Shown: in pieces, positions 28,483 through 40,500 of the stretch
How the letters are laid out: the number at the start of each line of letters is the position of its first letter
How positions within the stretch are numbered: position 1 is the first letter of the stretch
DNA from: a virus
Taxonomy: Duplodnaviria; Heunggongvirae; Uroviricota; Caudoviricetes
Direction: 5' to 3' (one strand)
Length of the DNA stretch: 49,348 nt
Virus record (IMG/VR): IMGVR_UViG_3300005831_000057
Notes under the pieces: generated by a model
Told to the model about the DNA's origin: nothing
The model's input: only the letters and a program-made list of their open reading frames with translations
Databases searched by the model: none
Program-made: the position numbers and the translations under genes

Positions 28483-29058
28483 ATGGCAAATACAACAAGT
28501 ACTAAAAAGGTAGAAACTAAAACTGTAGAAGTTACAAATATTGACGAATTGCAACCAGTAATTGAAGTTGCTAAAGAAATTAGAATGGAAGACAAAGTTA
28601 CAATCAGAAGTATTGCTCCTTGGTATACATCTACTCCTAGAGTTACATCTGTTGGCGATATTAGAATTCCACCAAGAGGAACAATGAGAGTTACAAGAGA
28701 AGAAGCTATCGCACTAGGACAGAGCAGAAGAAAATTAATATGTGGACTAGACGGACGTGGAAGCCATGCTACTTGGTATATCGAAGATGATTTTACTAGA
28801 GAAGAGCTTGATTTTGAAAACAAACAAGAAGGAAGATTACAATCTTTTCTTACTGTAGGAATTATTAAAAAGATGTTTGAAATTCCAAGCATACAACAAT
28901 TCAAAAATAAATTAGAAGATTTGGTTGCTACAAGAGCAGAAGGAGTAATGCTGCTTGAGGTTATTAGGGATTCAAAAATTAACGATTATGATAAAGTTAG
29001 AACTTGTGAGTCTCATACAAAATGCAGAGTTCCAGAAAAAATTGTAGCTCGTAGATAA
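28483..29058 (+). CDS. Head-associated/morphogenesis protein (YonA-like)
   Basis: AAGGAG RBS before ATG 28483; synteny. Confidence 0.6.
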   Translation: MANTTSTKKVETKTVEVTNIDELQPVIEVAKEIRMEDKVTIRSIAPWYTSTPRVTSVGDIRIPPRGTMRVTREEAIALGQSRRKLICGLDGRGSHATWYIEDDFTREELDFENKQEGRLQSFLTVGIIKKMFEIPSIQQFKNKLEDLVATRAEGVMLLEVIRDSKINDYDKVRTCESHTKCRVPEKIVARR

Positions 29059-29075
29059 TAGAAGGCGGTGATATT

Positions 29076-29465
29076 TTGGCAACTACTTATGAAGATGTTG
29101 AAAAAGTTTTTGCTAGCATTTTTGCAGACAAGCAAGTTGTGTCTGATGAACTTGTTAGTCAGTGGTTTGATATGGCTCTAGGTGAGTATGAGCTTGAAAT
29201 TGAACCTCTAATATATGATAATGTAACAAAAGAATTTGATTCTGATTTGGCTAGACCAGTGATAAATGTACTAGGATATATAGTTAAGAAATTTTATCAA
29301 GAGAGACTAATATCTCTTACTAATAAAAGGAATAATATAGTCACGTCCGATATATCAATGACTGGAACAGATAGTGCTAAATCGCACATGGAAACTGAAT
29401 TAAATCAAATAAAGGAAAGCATACGTTCATATTATGCCAACCTTAAAACTCCAGCTTATAACTAA
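29076..29465 (+). CDS. Putative head-tail adaptor
   Basis: Size and synteny. Confidence 0.55.
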   Translation: MATTYEDVEKVFASIFADKQVVSDELVSQWFDMALGEYELEIEPLIYDNVTKEFDSDLARPVINVLGYIVKKFYQERLISLTNKRNNIVTSDISMTGTDSAKSHMETELNQIKESIRSYYANLKTPAYN

Positions 29466-29477
29466 GAAAGGATTACT

Positions 29478-30470
29478 ATGAAAGATTGGTATTTAGTTGG
29501 TTCAAGACCAGTGTATTTATCTGGGGATGAGTCTGATATATTTAATGAATATGCTACAGACGGATTTTCTGAATTGATAGATAGTCCAGTCGGAAGTAGT
29601 GTAGTCTTGTATAGTGACGACTTGTCGAATTACAAAAGCGTAAGATGTATTATAAAAGGAAAGACAAAAGATGGACAAGACGCATCTTTGAAGTTAGATA
29701 TATTAACAGAATTAAATGCTATGAATGGATTTTCTTATGTACAATATGACGGATATTTCTGGCTAATAACAAGTAGAAAAAGCAATAATATGATAAATCA
29801 AAAGGCTTCGCTAGAGTTATGCAATTATGAAATAAAATGGCAAAATGCAAGTGGTCAAATAGTACAAAGAAAAGCTATTGTGACATCGGCTTCTAAGTAT
29901 GCAGATGGTGAAGACAAAGGAAAGCAAATGATATTAGGAAGCGACCAATTAGGTATAAATATTCCAATTGATAGCGAATCTCTTAATATTGATCATGGTA
30001 AAATGTTTATTATAGATAATGGAACTTTAAAAGATACTGTATATCAGTTGACAAGTCCTAACAATGTAGTTAATACATATAATGGATATGGTACTACGGC
30101 ATGGATAGTTCAAGAAATGCAATACGAATTAACCGCAAATGATATATCATATGGAGTAGTTGGATATGTAGAGCCTACTCAAGAAAATCCTACTGTTGGA
30201 AAATACTCTGTGATAACTGGAAACCAACACATGAAATTAGACAGAACTAGAAAATATTCCGTAGAGTTTTATGATGGTGAAGCATTGCAAAATATCACAG
30301 CTAATTGGGTGCTAGATGGGCAATATAAGAACTACGTGACAAAAGGTATATCTGGAAATACTATAGAACTCATACTGTATAATGAAGATGCTATAGGAAG
30401 CACATTAACTTTGTCTGTCACTAATAGTAATTATCAGAGCGAAATTTCAATATTAGTTGAAGGGATTTAG
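29478..30470 (+). CDS. Putative head closure/neck protein with C-terminal Ig-like domain
   Basis: Synteny; beta-rich C-terminus. Confidence 0.5.
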   Translation: MKDWYLVGSRPVYLSGDESDIFNEYATDGFSELIDSPVGSSVVLYSDDLSNYKSVRCIIKGKTKDGQDASLKLDILTELNAMNGFSYVQYDGYFWLITSRKSNNMINQKASLELCNYEIKWQNASGQIVQRKAIVTSASKYADGEDKGKQMILGSDQLGINIPIDSESLNIDHGKMFIIDNGTLKDTVYQLTSPNNVVNTYNGYGTTAWIVQEMQYELTANDISYGVVGYVEPTQENPTVGKYSVITGNQHMKLDRTRKYSVEFYDGEALQNITANWVLDGQYKNYVTKGISGNTIELILYNEDAIGSTLTLSVTNSNYQSEISILVEGI

Positions 30471-30478
30471 GTGATTGA

Positions 30479-30952
30479 ATGATTAAAGAGTTGGGATCAT
30501 ATAAACAAAAGATTATTTCATTACTGTACGATTCTGAATTAATAAAACACTCTTTGCTTGGAAACTTATATATAGGCAAGACAGATGAGCAAGTAGAATC
30601 TATGTTAGCTTCGCAGATATTCAATAGGTTATATATAGATGGATTTGTAAGTGAGCCAAAATGCTATATATTTGTAGAAACTATAATACCAAGACTCCAT
30701 ACTAATGTAAAAGATTGCAAGGTAATGATTCAAGTATTATGTCACAAGCAAATAATGAATTATAGCAAATCTGGGTATATTGGTACTAGGGTAGATATTG
30801 TATGCGAGCAAATCGAAGAGATATTAATACAGAACAAAATAAATGCTAATAAATTTGGAATAGGGGAAATAGTTTTGACTGGAGTAGACGTTATGGGTGA
30901 CGTTAATTATTATGGAAGAAAATTGGAATTAACAGTTCCTAATTTTAGGTGA
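30479..30952 (+). CDS. Putative tail terminator/completion protein
   Basis: Synteny. Confidence 0.5.
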   Translation: MIKELGSYKQKIISLLYDSELIKHSLLGNLYIGKTDEQVESMLASQIFNRLYIDGFVSEPKCYIFVETIIPRLHTNVKDCKVMIQVLCHKQIMNYSKSGYIGTRVDIVCEQIEEILIQNKINANKFGIGEIVLTGVDVMGDVNYYGRKLELTVPNFR

Positions 30953-30956
30953 TTTT

Positions 30957-31748
30957 ATGGAAGATTTGATAACAGACTTTTCATATGATGATCTAGTAAA
31001 TCCATATCCGATATACGTCGAAAGCGTAGGAACTATAAGAAGTCCAAAAGTTGATGATATATTCAAGTTAAGCATAGGAGAGTATAATCAATATATATGT
31101 TTTCTTACGATGACACCAAAAGATTACTATAAAAATGTTGGAGAAATAGACGTTTATAATAGTATGGACGATTCGTATAAAATGTCTATAGACATGTATG
31201 ATATTTTAACAAGTGAAGACTTCGTTATGTATCTAAGCGATATACTGTCTTTTTTTATTATAGAAGATTGTGTCTGGGATAAAACAAGCAATTCTTTTAA
31301 TGTTTGCAGATACAATTCGGATAATGAATCGGATGGAATAATTGTTGGAAATATAAACAGAGATAATTTCTTTACTGTTAAAAAACTTATACTTGCTAGA
31401 AATAATATAAAAATTAAAAGCAATATAATAGATGCTAAAAAGTTTAAAAAGAAACGTGCTATGAAAATAATGGCTAAACTTACAAAAGCTAACGAAGAAT
31501 TAAAAACTACTTCTAAATACAATAAAGATTTGGAACTAGGAAACATAATTTCTAAAGTATGTGCTAGACACAGTAGCATAAACTATATAAATGTGGGAGA
31601 TCTTACAATATACCAACTGTATGATATTTTTTACAGTATGATAGGCAATATAAGATATGATATATATGGAAGGATATTGGCACAGCATGGTGGTAAGGCA
31701 GTACCAGATTTTAAAGATACCGATTGGTATAAAAATACGAATACTTAA
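30957..31748 (+). CDS. Tail-region structural/assembly protein
   Basis: Synteny; DLTIYQLYD motif. Confidence 0.5.
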   Translation: MEDLITDFSYDDLVNPYPIYVESVGTIRSPKVDDIFKLSIGEYNQYICFLTMTPKDYYKNVGEIDVYNSMDDSYKMSIDMYDILTSEDFVMYLSDILSFFIIEDCVWDKTSNSFNVCRYNSDNESDGIIVGNINRDNFFTVKKLILARNNIKIKSNIIDAKKFKKKRAMKIMAKLTKANEELKTTSKYNKDLELGNIISKVCARHSSINYINVGDLTIYQLYDIFYSMIGNIRYDIYGRILAQHGGKAVPDFKDTDWYKNTNT

Positions 31749-31766
31749 AAATAAGGAGGAATAAAA

Positions 31767-32783
31767 ATGTCAGATTTGAATATGGCTAACAGACAGTGTT
31801 GTGACGTTGATATAAGGGAATATTCTACAAACAGACCTTGGGGATTCTATGACAGTGCTAACGTAACTACAGTTGGATTTACGGCTGATACAACTTTTGC
31901 GATGGAGAAAGGTGCTAAATCTATTGCTTTCGCTAATCCAATGGAAGGCACAATGACTATGGAACTACAAGTACATCCTTTCAAACTTTACTCATTATTC
32001 TCTGATGGAACAATTGGTACTTCAACAGTACTTCCTAAGAGAGAAAGAATTCAATGTGCTGTGGCTGGACAAGTTACTGCTACTGGTACTCCAGTTAGTG
32101 GAACAATGTACGTGTATGCTGATAACGATTATGCTGGAACTGCATTAGTAGGAACAGTTGCTGGTTCAGTATTTACTGCTACAACTCCAGCTCATGTTGC
32201 ATTGAACAGCTATTATGAAGTTACTTACTTAGAGGCTATTACAAGTGGAATCAAGTCTATTTCATTTGATAACACTAAGGCTCTTAAGGACTTTAGAGTA
32301 ACAATGGAAACTTTAGACAAAGACGAGAATGGCGATTTAGTACCAGTTAAGATTACGGCTTTCAAGGCTTCTCCAAAAAGAAATATGTCATTATCTTTTT
32401 CATCTGAAGGAGATCCTGCTACACTTACAATTGAATTTGATTGTTTGGTTGATAGCGATCAGAGAGTATTAGAAATGGTAGAAATTGATGACGTTGATTC
32501 AGATCAGTTTACAAAGATTTTTGCATCTCCGTCAATTATAACATTGGCTAATTCTGGAACAAGACAAATCACTACTTACGGTTTGCTTGGCGACGATTAT
32601 GTGCCAGCTTTACTAGATACTGCTGATTTAACATTTTCAGAAATCGCTGATACTTCTGGAGCGTTTACAGTTAGTTCAACTGGATTAATCACAGCTCATG
32701 GAAGTACAGATGGTTCAGGACAGATCTTAGTTACTCTTACAGGAACTTCTGTTACATGTGTAGTTCAAGTTACAGTAGCGTAA
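31767..32783 (+). CDS. Major tail protein with C-terminal Ig-like domain
   Basis: FSSEGDPATLTIEFD motif; Ig-like tail VSSTGLITA...VQVTVA; followed by a terminator. Confidence 0.8.
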   Translation: MSDLNMANRQCCDVDIREYSTNRPWGFYDSANVTTVGFTADTTFAMEKGAKSIAFANPMEGTMTMELQVHPFKLYSLFSDGTIGTSTVLPKRERIQCAVAGQVTATGTPVSGTMYVYADNDYAGTALVGTVAGSVFTATTPAHVALNSYYEVTYLEAITSGIKSISFDNTKALKDFRVTMETLDKDENGDLVPVKITAFKASPKRNMSLSFSSEGDPATLTIEFDCLVDSDQRVLEMVEIDDVDSDQFTKIFASPSIITLANSGTRQITTYGLLGDDYVPALLDTADLTFSEIADTSGAFTVSSTGLITAHGSTDGSGQILVTLTGTSVTCVVQVTVA

Positions 32784-32798
32784 TAAATATGTAACAAT

Positions 32799-32829
32799 AT
32801 GGGAAGGTTGAGATATATCTTCCCTATAA
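32799..32829 (+). terminator. Stem-loop terminator after major tail gene
   Basis: TATGGGAAGG...TCTTCCCTATA. Confidence 0.5.
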
Positions 32830-32845
32830 TTTACAAGGAGGTACT

Positions 32846-33076
32846 ATGGAAGAAACAAATGATATTGTAAAGAAAAGTACTAGAACTAAAAAGAAGTATA
32901 TAACAGAAGATGTAAAAGTAGTATCTTATAACAAAGATATGAAAATTATATGCATATATATATTAGATTGTGGCATAAGTCTTAAATGCGAAGATGATTT
33001 TGTTGGTGAATTTATAAAGGTAAAATACTATGGAATCCCTAGCGATAAAGACTTTGAAATTGAGTGGATAAAATGA
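32846..33076 (+). CDS. Hypothetical protein
   Basis: AAGGAGG RBS. Confidence 0.7.
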   Translation: MEETNDIVKKSTRTKKKYITEDVKVVSYNKDMKIICIYILDCGISLKCEDDFVGEFIKVKYYGIPSDKDFEIEWIK

Positions 33077-33185
33077 TGATTGATATAGAGTGTGATTCAA
33101 AAACGGACGGACAACTCTTAATCTTAATCAGATTTTGAATTATTCTGTCCTATTTTTTACAAAATAGAGTTTAGGAGAATCATGT

Positions 33186-33386
33186 ATGGATGATAAAAGA
33201 AAGAAAGTGTTTGATAAAGAGTATAAGACTCAATATCAGTTAGAAAATTTGTTTTTAAAAGAGAGTGGAATAAGATATGAATTTGTATATTCAGAAGACG
33301 GAATTACCACTTGGAAATACAAAAAGAACTCAGAATTATTCGAAAAACTTTTAGAGTTTTGGAAGATGCTAGAGAAAAATAATTAA
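33186..33386 (+). CDS. Small DUF5659-like protein
   Basis: FL...GIRY.FV....G.T.WKYKK pattern, similar to 28259-28459. Confidence 0.6.
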   Translation: MDDKRKKVFDKEYKTQYQLENLFLKESGIRYEFVYSEDGITTWKYKKNSELFEKLLEFWKMLEKNN

Positions 33387-33437
33387 GTTGAAAATAAAAA
33401 CTAGTTTAATATATATAACAATTAAGGAGGTATAAAT

Positions 33438-33773
33438 ATGTTTGAATATAAAAATGTAGACTTGTTAAAAGATTCTGTGCAAAATATTATAGAGAATTTA
33501 GATGGTAAATGCTCTACTTTAAAAGTACAAGTTAAGATACCAACTGGAAGTTTGAGTATGCAGATTCAAGGTAGACTTAGACCAGATTTTGATTACGTTT
33601 CGATAAAAGGAATTATGATTTCTAGTACCGATGGTTATAGTACAGTTTACAATATAACTACAGATGGAATATATGAATTTGATATTACTGGGTATAGCGA
33701 CATAAAAATGTATACTACGTCAGTAATTACATCAAGTATGCAAGTGTACGCAACTGCGTTGGCAGAAAGATAG
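33438..33773 (+). CDS. Hypothetical beta-rich structural protein
   Basis: AAGGAGG RBS; heads the fibre gene cluster. Confidence 0.7.
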   Translation: MFEYKNVDLLKDSVQNIIENLDGKCSTLKVQVKIPTGSLSMQIQGRLRPDFDYVSIKGIMISSTDGYSTVYNITTDGIYEFDITGYSDIKMYTTSVITSSMQVYATALAER

Positions 33774-33781
33774 GTGATAAA

Positions 33782-36748
33782 ATGATATCTACATATAGAT
33801 TGAACAATGATAAAACATTTTCAAAATCTAGCCAAAATATTAATTATGTAGGCGAAAACGATGTAGAAATATTGAGATTTGTGATACATAAAGATTATAA
33901 TGGGCTAGACATGTCAACTTCATCAGTTCTTTTGTTTGTAAATGACACAGAAGGCATATTGAGTACAAGTTATGAATTATCAAAAGAAAATACTTTGTAT
34001 TCAGATAGTTACTATGTATACAATTTTAGTATACCTAACAATTTTACTACGTCAAGTAATGTGTTAAATATATGGCTTAGCATACTTACTACTGATAATG
34101 AACTGTTAAAAACAGAGGATATTTCTCTTATTGTGATTGATAAACCTATAGGACAAGATTTAATACCATCAGAAGATATGTCAGCTTTCGAACAAATGGT
34201 AGTAGATGTTGACTATTTGTTGTCACAAGGACTTACTACAGAGAATATAGACGAAGCTGTTTTTGATTATATTGAAACACATCCTACTGAATTAGTAAAT
34301 AATACAGAATTAAGTACTATACTTGACGATTATGTAACTGAAACAGTTCTTGGAACTACATTGAATGGATATACGACTGATTCAGAATTAACTACTACAT
34401 TAGGCGACTATGTTACTGAAACTGCGCTCAGCACGACGTTAGGTGGTTACGTAGAAGAAAGTGCGTTAACAACTACTCTTGGAGATTATGTGTTGGAATC
34501 AGATTTGACAACTACTTTAAGTGGATATACGACAGATACCGAACTTGGTACTATTCTTGGAGATTATATAACCGAGACTAATCTAGGAAATACACTTGCA
34601 GATTATCCAACAGAAACAGAACTTGGTACTGTATTAGGAGATTACGTTACCGACACACAACTTTCTACTTCTTTGGGCGATTATGTGCTAGAGTCTGATT
34701 TAACTACTACATTATCTGGATATACTACTGATAGCGAATTATCAACTGTTCTTAGTGATTATGTCACAGAAACTTCATTATCTACAGAACTTGGAAATTA
34801 TCCTACCGAAACCGAGCTTGGGAATGTATTAGCTGACTACGTAACTGATACTGAATTAGGAACTGCGTTGGGCGATTATCAAACAGAAAGCGGTTTAACT
34901 ACTATACTTGCTGATTATCCTACAGAGACTGAATTAGGAACGATATTAAATGATTATGTTACAGAAACAAGCTTAGGTACGACTTTGGGCTATTACGTTA
35001 CTGACACAGAATTGGGCACAACATTGTCCGACTATGTAACCGACACGTCACTAGGAACAACGCTAGCTGATTACGTTACTGAAACCAGTCTTGGAACAAC
35101 ATTAGGAGATTATACTACGGACACAGAATTAACAAATACTTTAGCTGATTATCCAAAAAGAAGTGAGATAAGTAGTTCTGGTGGATACGAAGGAAATATA
35201 TATTTAACTGCCTCTGCGTCAATTGTAAATCCGTCATACTATGCACTTAGCTATACAAACGATTTAACTGCTACGATATCAGATATTATAGTTACAAATA
35301 CATCAGAAGTGTTAGTAAAAACTTATATTTCAGACTTGCAAATAGGAGTAACAACTATAGATTCTGGAACTTGGAAATTTACTTTTTATGTCAAACAAAC
35401 AGCTAACAACAAAGATACTAGAATGAGAGTCGTAGCGTTTAAAAGACATGCTAATGGAGTAGAAGAAAATTTATTTGAGGCATCAAGTTACAACATAGTA
35501 AATACAGATTTCGAAGTTATAAAGATGGAAATGTATCAACCGACGTTGTTAATACTAGAAACTGATAGGCTTGGATTTAGATTTTACATAAGCACAACCG
35601 CAGCTACAAATACAGTCACATGTAGTGTTGGAGATGGATATGGATGTTATGTAAATACTCCACTTTCACTACGTCATGATTTGCTAAGGGATAAGAATGG
35701 TAATTTATCTTTTCAACATGTGACTAGCGACAAAGTAGGTGTGTTATCAAAATTATCTGTAACTGACAACATAATGTATTTAGATAGTAATGTATTACGT
35801 CCAGTGCCAAACGCTCCCACTACTAATCCACAGGATTATATATTAGATGGAAGTTACTCGTTTGTTCCGAAGTCATCTATGGCGTATATAGGCGGAGGAG
35901 GAATGTATCTTACCAATGAAGATTCCACTATAGTTGTCGGTTATGATAAATTATCTTATACCAATAGCGCTGCTGTTACTGAACATGAAATAGTGGTTAA
36001 TAATAACGAGGTTTTAGGCGATATTCACTTATTTGAAAACGTGATTAATACAACTCAAATAGACTCTGGTAATTGGGCGTTTAGTATATATTGTAGAGTA
36101 AGCTCTGCTTCGGGTGTCACAAGGATAAGAGGTGAAGTTTTTGTAAGAACAAACGGTGGCACAATAGTTCCTTTGTTTAGCGTGTATAGTCAAGAAATAA
36201 ATAATTTGTCAAGCACACATATAAAAATGGAATCATATCAATCACAGTTTTCAGTAAATGCAGATGATAGATTAGGGTTTAGATTGTATGCGACCACAAC
36301 TCATAATGCAAACATATCAGTGTTTTATACAGAAGGTGGTGTAAATTCTTCATATATAGTAACACCGTTGCATTTAAGACATAGCCAACTTAGGGCACTT
36401 AACGAAGATGTTAATTATCAGCACATTAACGCAACAGATAGGAATGTATTAGATAAATATCCAGCAGAAGTTATAGATTGGGGTACAACATATACTGCTA
36501 CGATTTTGCCAAATAAATTTAATTTGTGGGGAACTTTGACAAACGCAAATACGTTAGCCATAACGTTAGGCTCGACTACTAGTGGAATAGTAAATCAATA
36601 TATGTTTGAGTTTAAAACTGGTGCGTCAGTCCCAGCGTTTTCTGCAATTAGTGGAGTTACATGGATAGGATCTAATCCTACTTTGCAAATAAATAAAACA
36701 TATCAGTTTTCAATCATAAATGGAATTGGAGCGTGGGCTTATGCTTAA
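33782..36748 (+). CDS. Long virion fibre protein: BppU-like N-terminus, 13-aa repeat shaft, two copies of a beta domain, C-terminal tip domain
   Basis: 988 aa; repeats and internal duplication visible in the translation. Confidence 0.75.
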   Translation: MISTYRLNNDKTFSKSSQNINYVGENDVEILRFVIHKDYNGLDMSTSSVLLFVNDTEGILSTSYELSKENTLYSDSYYVYNFSIPNNFTTSSNVLNIWLSILTTDNELLKTEDISLIVIDKPIGQDLIPSEDMSAFEQMVVDVDYLLSQGLTTENIDEAVFDYIETHPTELVNNTELSTILDDYVTETVLGTTLNGYTTDSELTTTLGDYVTETALSTTLGGYVEESALTTTLGDYVLESDLTTTLSGYTTDTELGTILGDYITETNLGNTLADYPTETELGTVLGDYVTDTQLSTSLGDYVLESDLTTTLSGYTTDSELSTVLSDYVTETSLSTELGNYPTETELGNVLADYVTDTELGTALGDYQTESGLTTILADYPTETELGTILNDYVTETSLGTTLGYYVTDTELGTTLSDYVTDTSLGTTLADYVTETSLGTTLGDYTTDTELTNTLADYPKRSEISSSGGYEGNIYLTASASIVNPSYYALSYTNDLTATISDIIVTNTSEVLVKTYISDLQIGVTTIDSGTWKFTFYVKQTANNKDTRMRVVAFKRHANGVEENLFEASSYNIVNTDFEVIKMEMYQPTLLILETDRLGFRFYISTTAATNTVTCSVGDGYGCYVNTPLSLRHDLLRDKNGNLSFQHVTSDKVGVLSKLSVTDNIMYLDSNVLRPVPNAPTTNPQDYILDGSYSFVPKSSMAYIGGGGMYLTNEDSTIVVGYDKLSYTNSAAVTEHEIVVNNNEVLGDIHLFENVINTTQIDSGNWAFSIYCRVSSASGVTRIRGEVFVRTNGGTIVPLFSVYSQEINNLSSTHIKMESYQSQFSVNADDRLGFRLYATTTHNANISVFYTEGGVNSSYIVTPLHLRHSQLRALNEDVNYQHINATDRNVLDKYPAEVIDWGTTYTATILPNKFNLWGTLTNANTLAITLGSTTSGIVNQYMFEFKTGASVPAFSAISGVTWIGSNPTLQINKTYQFSIINGIGAWAYA
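34322..35155 (+). repeat. Coding tandem repeat, 39 nt / 13 aa unit (LxDYxTxTxLxTT), 21 full copies plus one partial
   Basis: Counted in the translation; 21 x 39 nt spans 34322-35140 exactly. Confidence 0.9.
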
Positions 36749-37442
36749 CCGACACATAATGCTTTCTAAGCCAAAATTTGATGCCAATACTTCATTATTA
36801 TTGCATTGCAATGGATCAAATAATTCGACTAATATAGTTGACGAAGCTGGGAAGATTGTAAATATAGGAGGAAGTGCTATTCTATCTACTACTCAATACA
36901 AGTTTGGCGGTGCATCATTAAAACTAAATGGTACAACAGACTATATTTATATTGACGATAGTGAAGATTTTAGCTTTGGCAGTGGAGACTTTACGATTGA
37001 TTTTTGGGTATATTTTAATAGTTTATCAACTACGACTGGTTTATTTGCACAGAGAAATGCTTATAACGCAAATCTGTCTGTGTATTCATATATAAATCCA
37101 TCTGATAAGAAAATATATTTTTACTATAGTATAAATGGAACTGCAAATGTGGGAGGGGTTTTCAATACTGTGCTTGCTACTGGGCAATGGTATCATGTTG
37201 CTATAGTTAGGAATAGTACTGAAATTGCATGTTATATAAATGGAAATAAAGAAACTACGACATTAAATATATCTACGTCTTCTATATATAATAGTACTAG
37301 ACCATTTTCTGTTGGAGCTATGTATGCGTCTACTACGTTTGCATCATTTACTAACGGGTATTTTGACGAGTTTAGGATATCCAAAGGGATTGCTAGATGG
37401 ACGAGTAATTTTACGCCAAAATCCGCAGAATATTACGAATGA
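36741..37442 (+). CDS. LamG/concanavalin-A-like lectin domain protein (copy 1)
   Basis: LLLHCNG...FTIDFW...WYHVAIVR...GYFDEFRISKGIARW; ATG overlaps the fibre stop codon. Confidence 0.85.
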   Translation: MLNRHIMLSKPKFDANTSLLLHCNGSNNSTNIVDEAGKIVNIGGSAILSTTQYKFGGASLKLNGTTDYIYIDDSEDFSFGSGDFTIDFWVYFNSLSTTTGLFAQRNAYNANLSVYSYINPSDKKIYFYYSINGTANVGGVFNTVLATGQWYHVAIVRNSTEIACYINGNKETTTLNISTSSIYNSTRPFSVGAMYASTTFASFTNGYFDEFRISKGIARWTSNFTPKSAEYYE

Positions 37443-37503
37443 TAATTTGATTATATAGTGTAATAAATTATATTACATGTTACAAGAAAGGAGTGATTTT
37501 TTA

Positions 37504-40500
37504 ATGGCAAGTGATAACATTGCTAGAGGTCTTGCGATAAAAGGGCTTTTAGATGCTAAGAGTTACGTGGACGAGAAAATAGAGTTAGTTGCTCAAGGAG
37601 CTTTTGTTCATATTAAATATGCAAGCAGCGAACCTACACAAGATAGCGATATAAGCGATACCCCTAATTCTTGGATGGGAATTGCAAGTACATCCAATCC
37701 TACAGCTCCTACTAGTTATTCAGCATATGAATGGAATTTAATTAGAGGTAATGGAGTATCTTCAATTGATTTAATAAATACACAAGGTTTAGTTAAAACG
37801 TATAGAATTAGTTATGATGATGGGTTGTATGAAGATTTTAATGTAACAGATGGCGCTCAAGGTATTCAAGGTATTCAAGGGCTTAAAGGCGATAAAGGAG
37901 ACACTGGTGCAACTGGTCTTACTGGAGCGCAAGGAATTCAAGGATTGCAAGGTATTCAAGGACTTAAAGGTGACAAGGGAGATACTGGTTCTGCTGGTGC
38001 TCAGGGCGCTCAGGGTATTCAAGGCGTAAAAGGCGATACTGGTGCAACTGGAGCTGCTGGTGCAACTGGGGCGCAAGGCATACAAGGTATAAAAGGTGAT
38101 ACTGGTTCTCAAGGAGTTCAAGGTATTCAAGGTTTGCAAGGAATCCAAGGCGAAAAAGGAGATACTGGTTCTCAAGGTATACAAGGACTTCAAGGTGAAC
38201 AAGGTATTCAAGGTGAGAAGGGTGATACTGGAATACTTACTACATCTAAAGATTTCGAGTATACCGATGATAATTTAACCTTGGCAGATAGAGATAAACT
38301 ACAAAATAAGTTGAATGATTATAATTTCAAGTCTATGTATACACAGTGGAATGTGGCTTATTCATATGACGTATTACAAGTTAAAGTAAATGAAAATTAT
38401 ACAACACTTACATCTTCTGCAACTACAAATAAACAAGCTTGGAAAGGTGTAAATATTGCTAATGGTCATACATATTTCTGCTTGCTAAATTGTAGAGTAA
38501 ACGATAGTGGAGCTGGAACTTTTAAAGTAAAACTTAATCTTCAAGCGTCACCATATACAGAATATGCGTACGAGTATATTGCTATTTCTGAAAGTTTTGC
38601 GAATTATGGATTTACATATACTAATGAAACTGGAACTGATAACTATTGTCAATTTAGTTTGCAAGATGCTAGTACTCATGCATTAGATGTAGATTTAGCG
38701 TATGCTGTGATTTTAGACATAACTGGAACAGATTTGATTAATATGAGCAGAACAGATGTTATAAATAGTTACATTAACAATATTGACGTGTTTAAAGATA
38801 ATTATATTTACTTCGACATTAAGAAAAAGTTGGAATATTTATACGACGCTCCATATACAGAAGAGTGGAATAGAATGAATACTTCAAGATATACTAAAAA
38901 CTTTTTACGCACACAAGGAACTAGAATTGTAGATGCTTATGGAACTGAATATTTTATCAAGGGTATAAATGTTGGTAATGATTGTACTAATGTTAACAGT
39001 ATAGCTGGTTCTGATTTGATAGTTTCTACTGATGGATATCCAGAGGATCATGACGAAGACTCATACAGAGAGTTGGCTGAGTTAGGATTTAATTGTATGA
39101 GATTTCAATTCGCATATACATTTTTTGAAGGAGCTAACAATAGAGTAATAGATCCTACATATCAAGGACTGCCATCACAATACCAAGATGGAGTATGGGA
39201 ATGGTTAGACAGAGAAATAGCTATGGCTAGAAAATATAACATAAAGTTGCTATTTAATATGCATGTATATTGCGGACAAGGCGGATGGGAAATTGCTACT
39301 AACGAAATATGGACTACTTTATCTAGCAGGCAAAGACTTATAAATATGTGGAAGGCAATCGCTCGTAGATATGCAAACGAAGATGTTGTATTGGGCTATG
39401 GACTAATCAACGAGCCAGTTATAACCTTCCAAACAGACAATGCTACGACTATCGGAGTTTACCAAACTCTTGTAAATGATTTATGTACAGAAATTAGAAA
39501 AGTAGATACCAATCACATACTTGTAGTAGAAAATGCACTAAGGGCGTCAAATGGAACTACTGCGTTAAACTCTAACAACAACTTTGTTGAAGTTTTAAAC
39601 AATGGTGTAACTGACACTAATTATCTATACGAGGCTCATATATATCAAAATATGGCGATTACTCATGAAATGTCAGCGTCAAAACATCCATCAATAAACT
39701 ATCCTAACGAGTTTGCAGTGTTTAATTATGGAGGAACATATGATTGGATTGCCAACAACTCTGTATATGTAAGCATCCCAGTAGGAACAGCTGATCAAAC
39801 TGCTTGGACTGATTATATAACGCCGATAGTAACACCTAATGCATTGACTAAGTTGATATATCCTTGGATAAGAGTTCGTGATGCTAATGGTGGTGAAATT
39901 CTTCAAATGTGCGACTATAAAATAAATGTATATGATTCAAGTGATAATTTTATCGAAAGTATATTTGTGGACGATGGACAACATGGAGCTATATTTTCTG
40001 GAGGAGGTCTTGGAACAATGACAAACCCTCAGTTGCCATCTGCTATCGGTACTGGATATATGCAGTTAGTTGCTAATGCGTTAAGTGGGTACGCTACTAC
40101 AGTTTCAATGTCTAGTGTGCCAGTTTCTACAAGATATAGAATACCAACTGGATTAAAGTATAGCATAAGTGCAAAATATAGAGTGAGCAATATTGCTAGT
40201 TCTGGAGTTGCTTTCAGATTTTATATTGGATGTGACGAAATTAATAGTGCTTGCTGTGCTGATACAGAAGAAAGATTTAAATACAACATAGCATTGTATA
40301 AAGCTTCTGCTGATGCTAAAAACGTTCCGATTCATATTGGAGAGTTCGGTGTTAATTATTTATCATTTCTTACATACGAACGTGGTGGAGAATTGTGGGT
40401 TAGAGATGCCTTGAAGGTTCTTAGAGATAATTTAATCAGTTATAGTTACTTTTCATATTGTGGTGCTACTTTTTCATTATACCCAAATATTAAAAGATTC

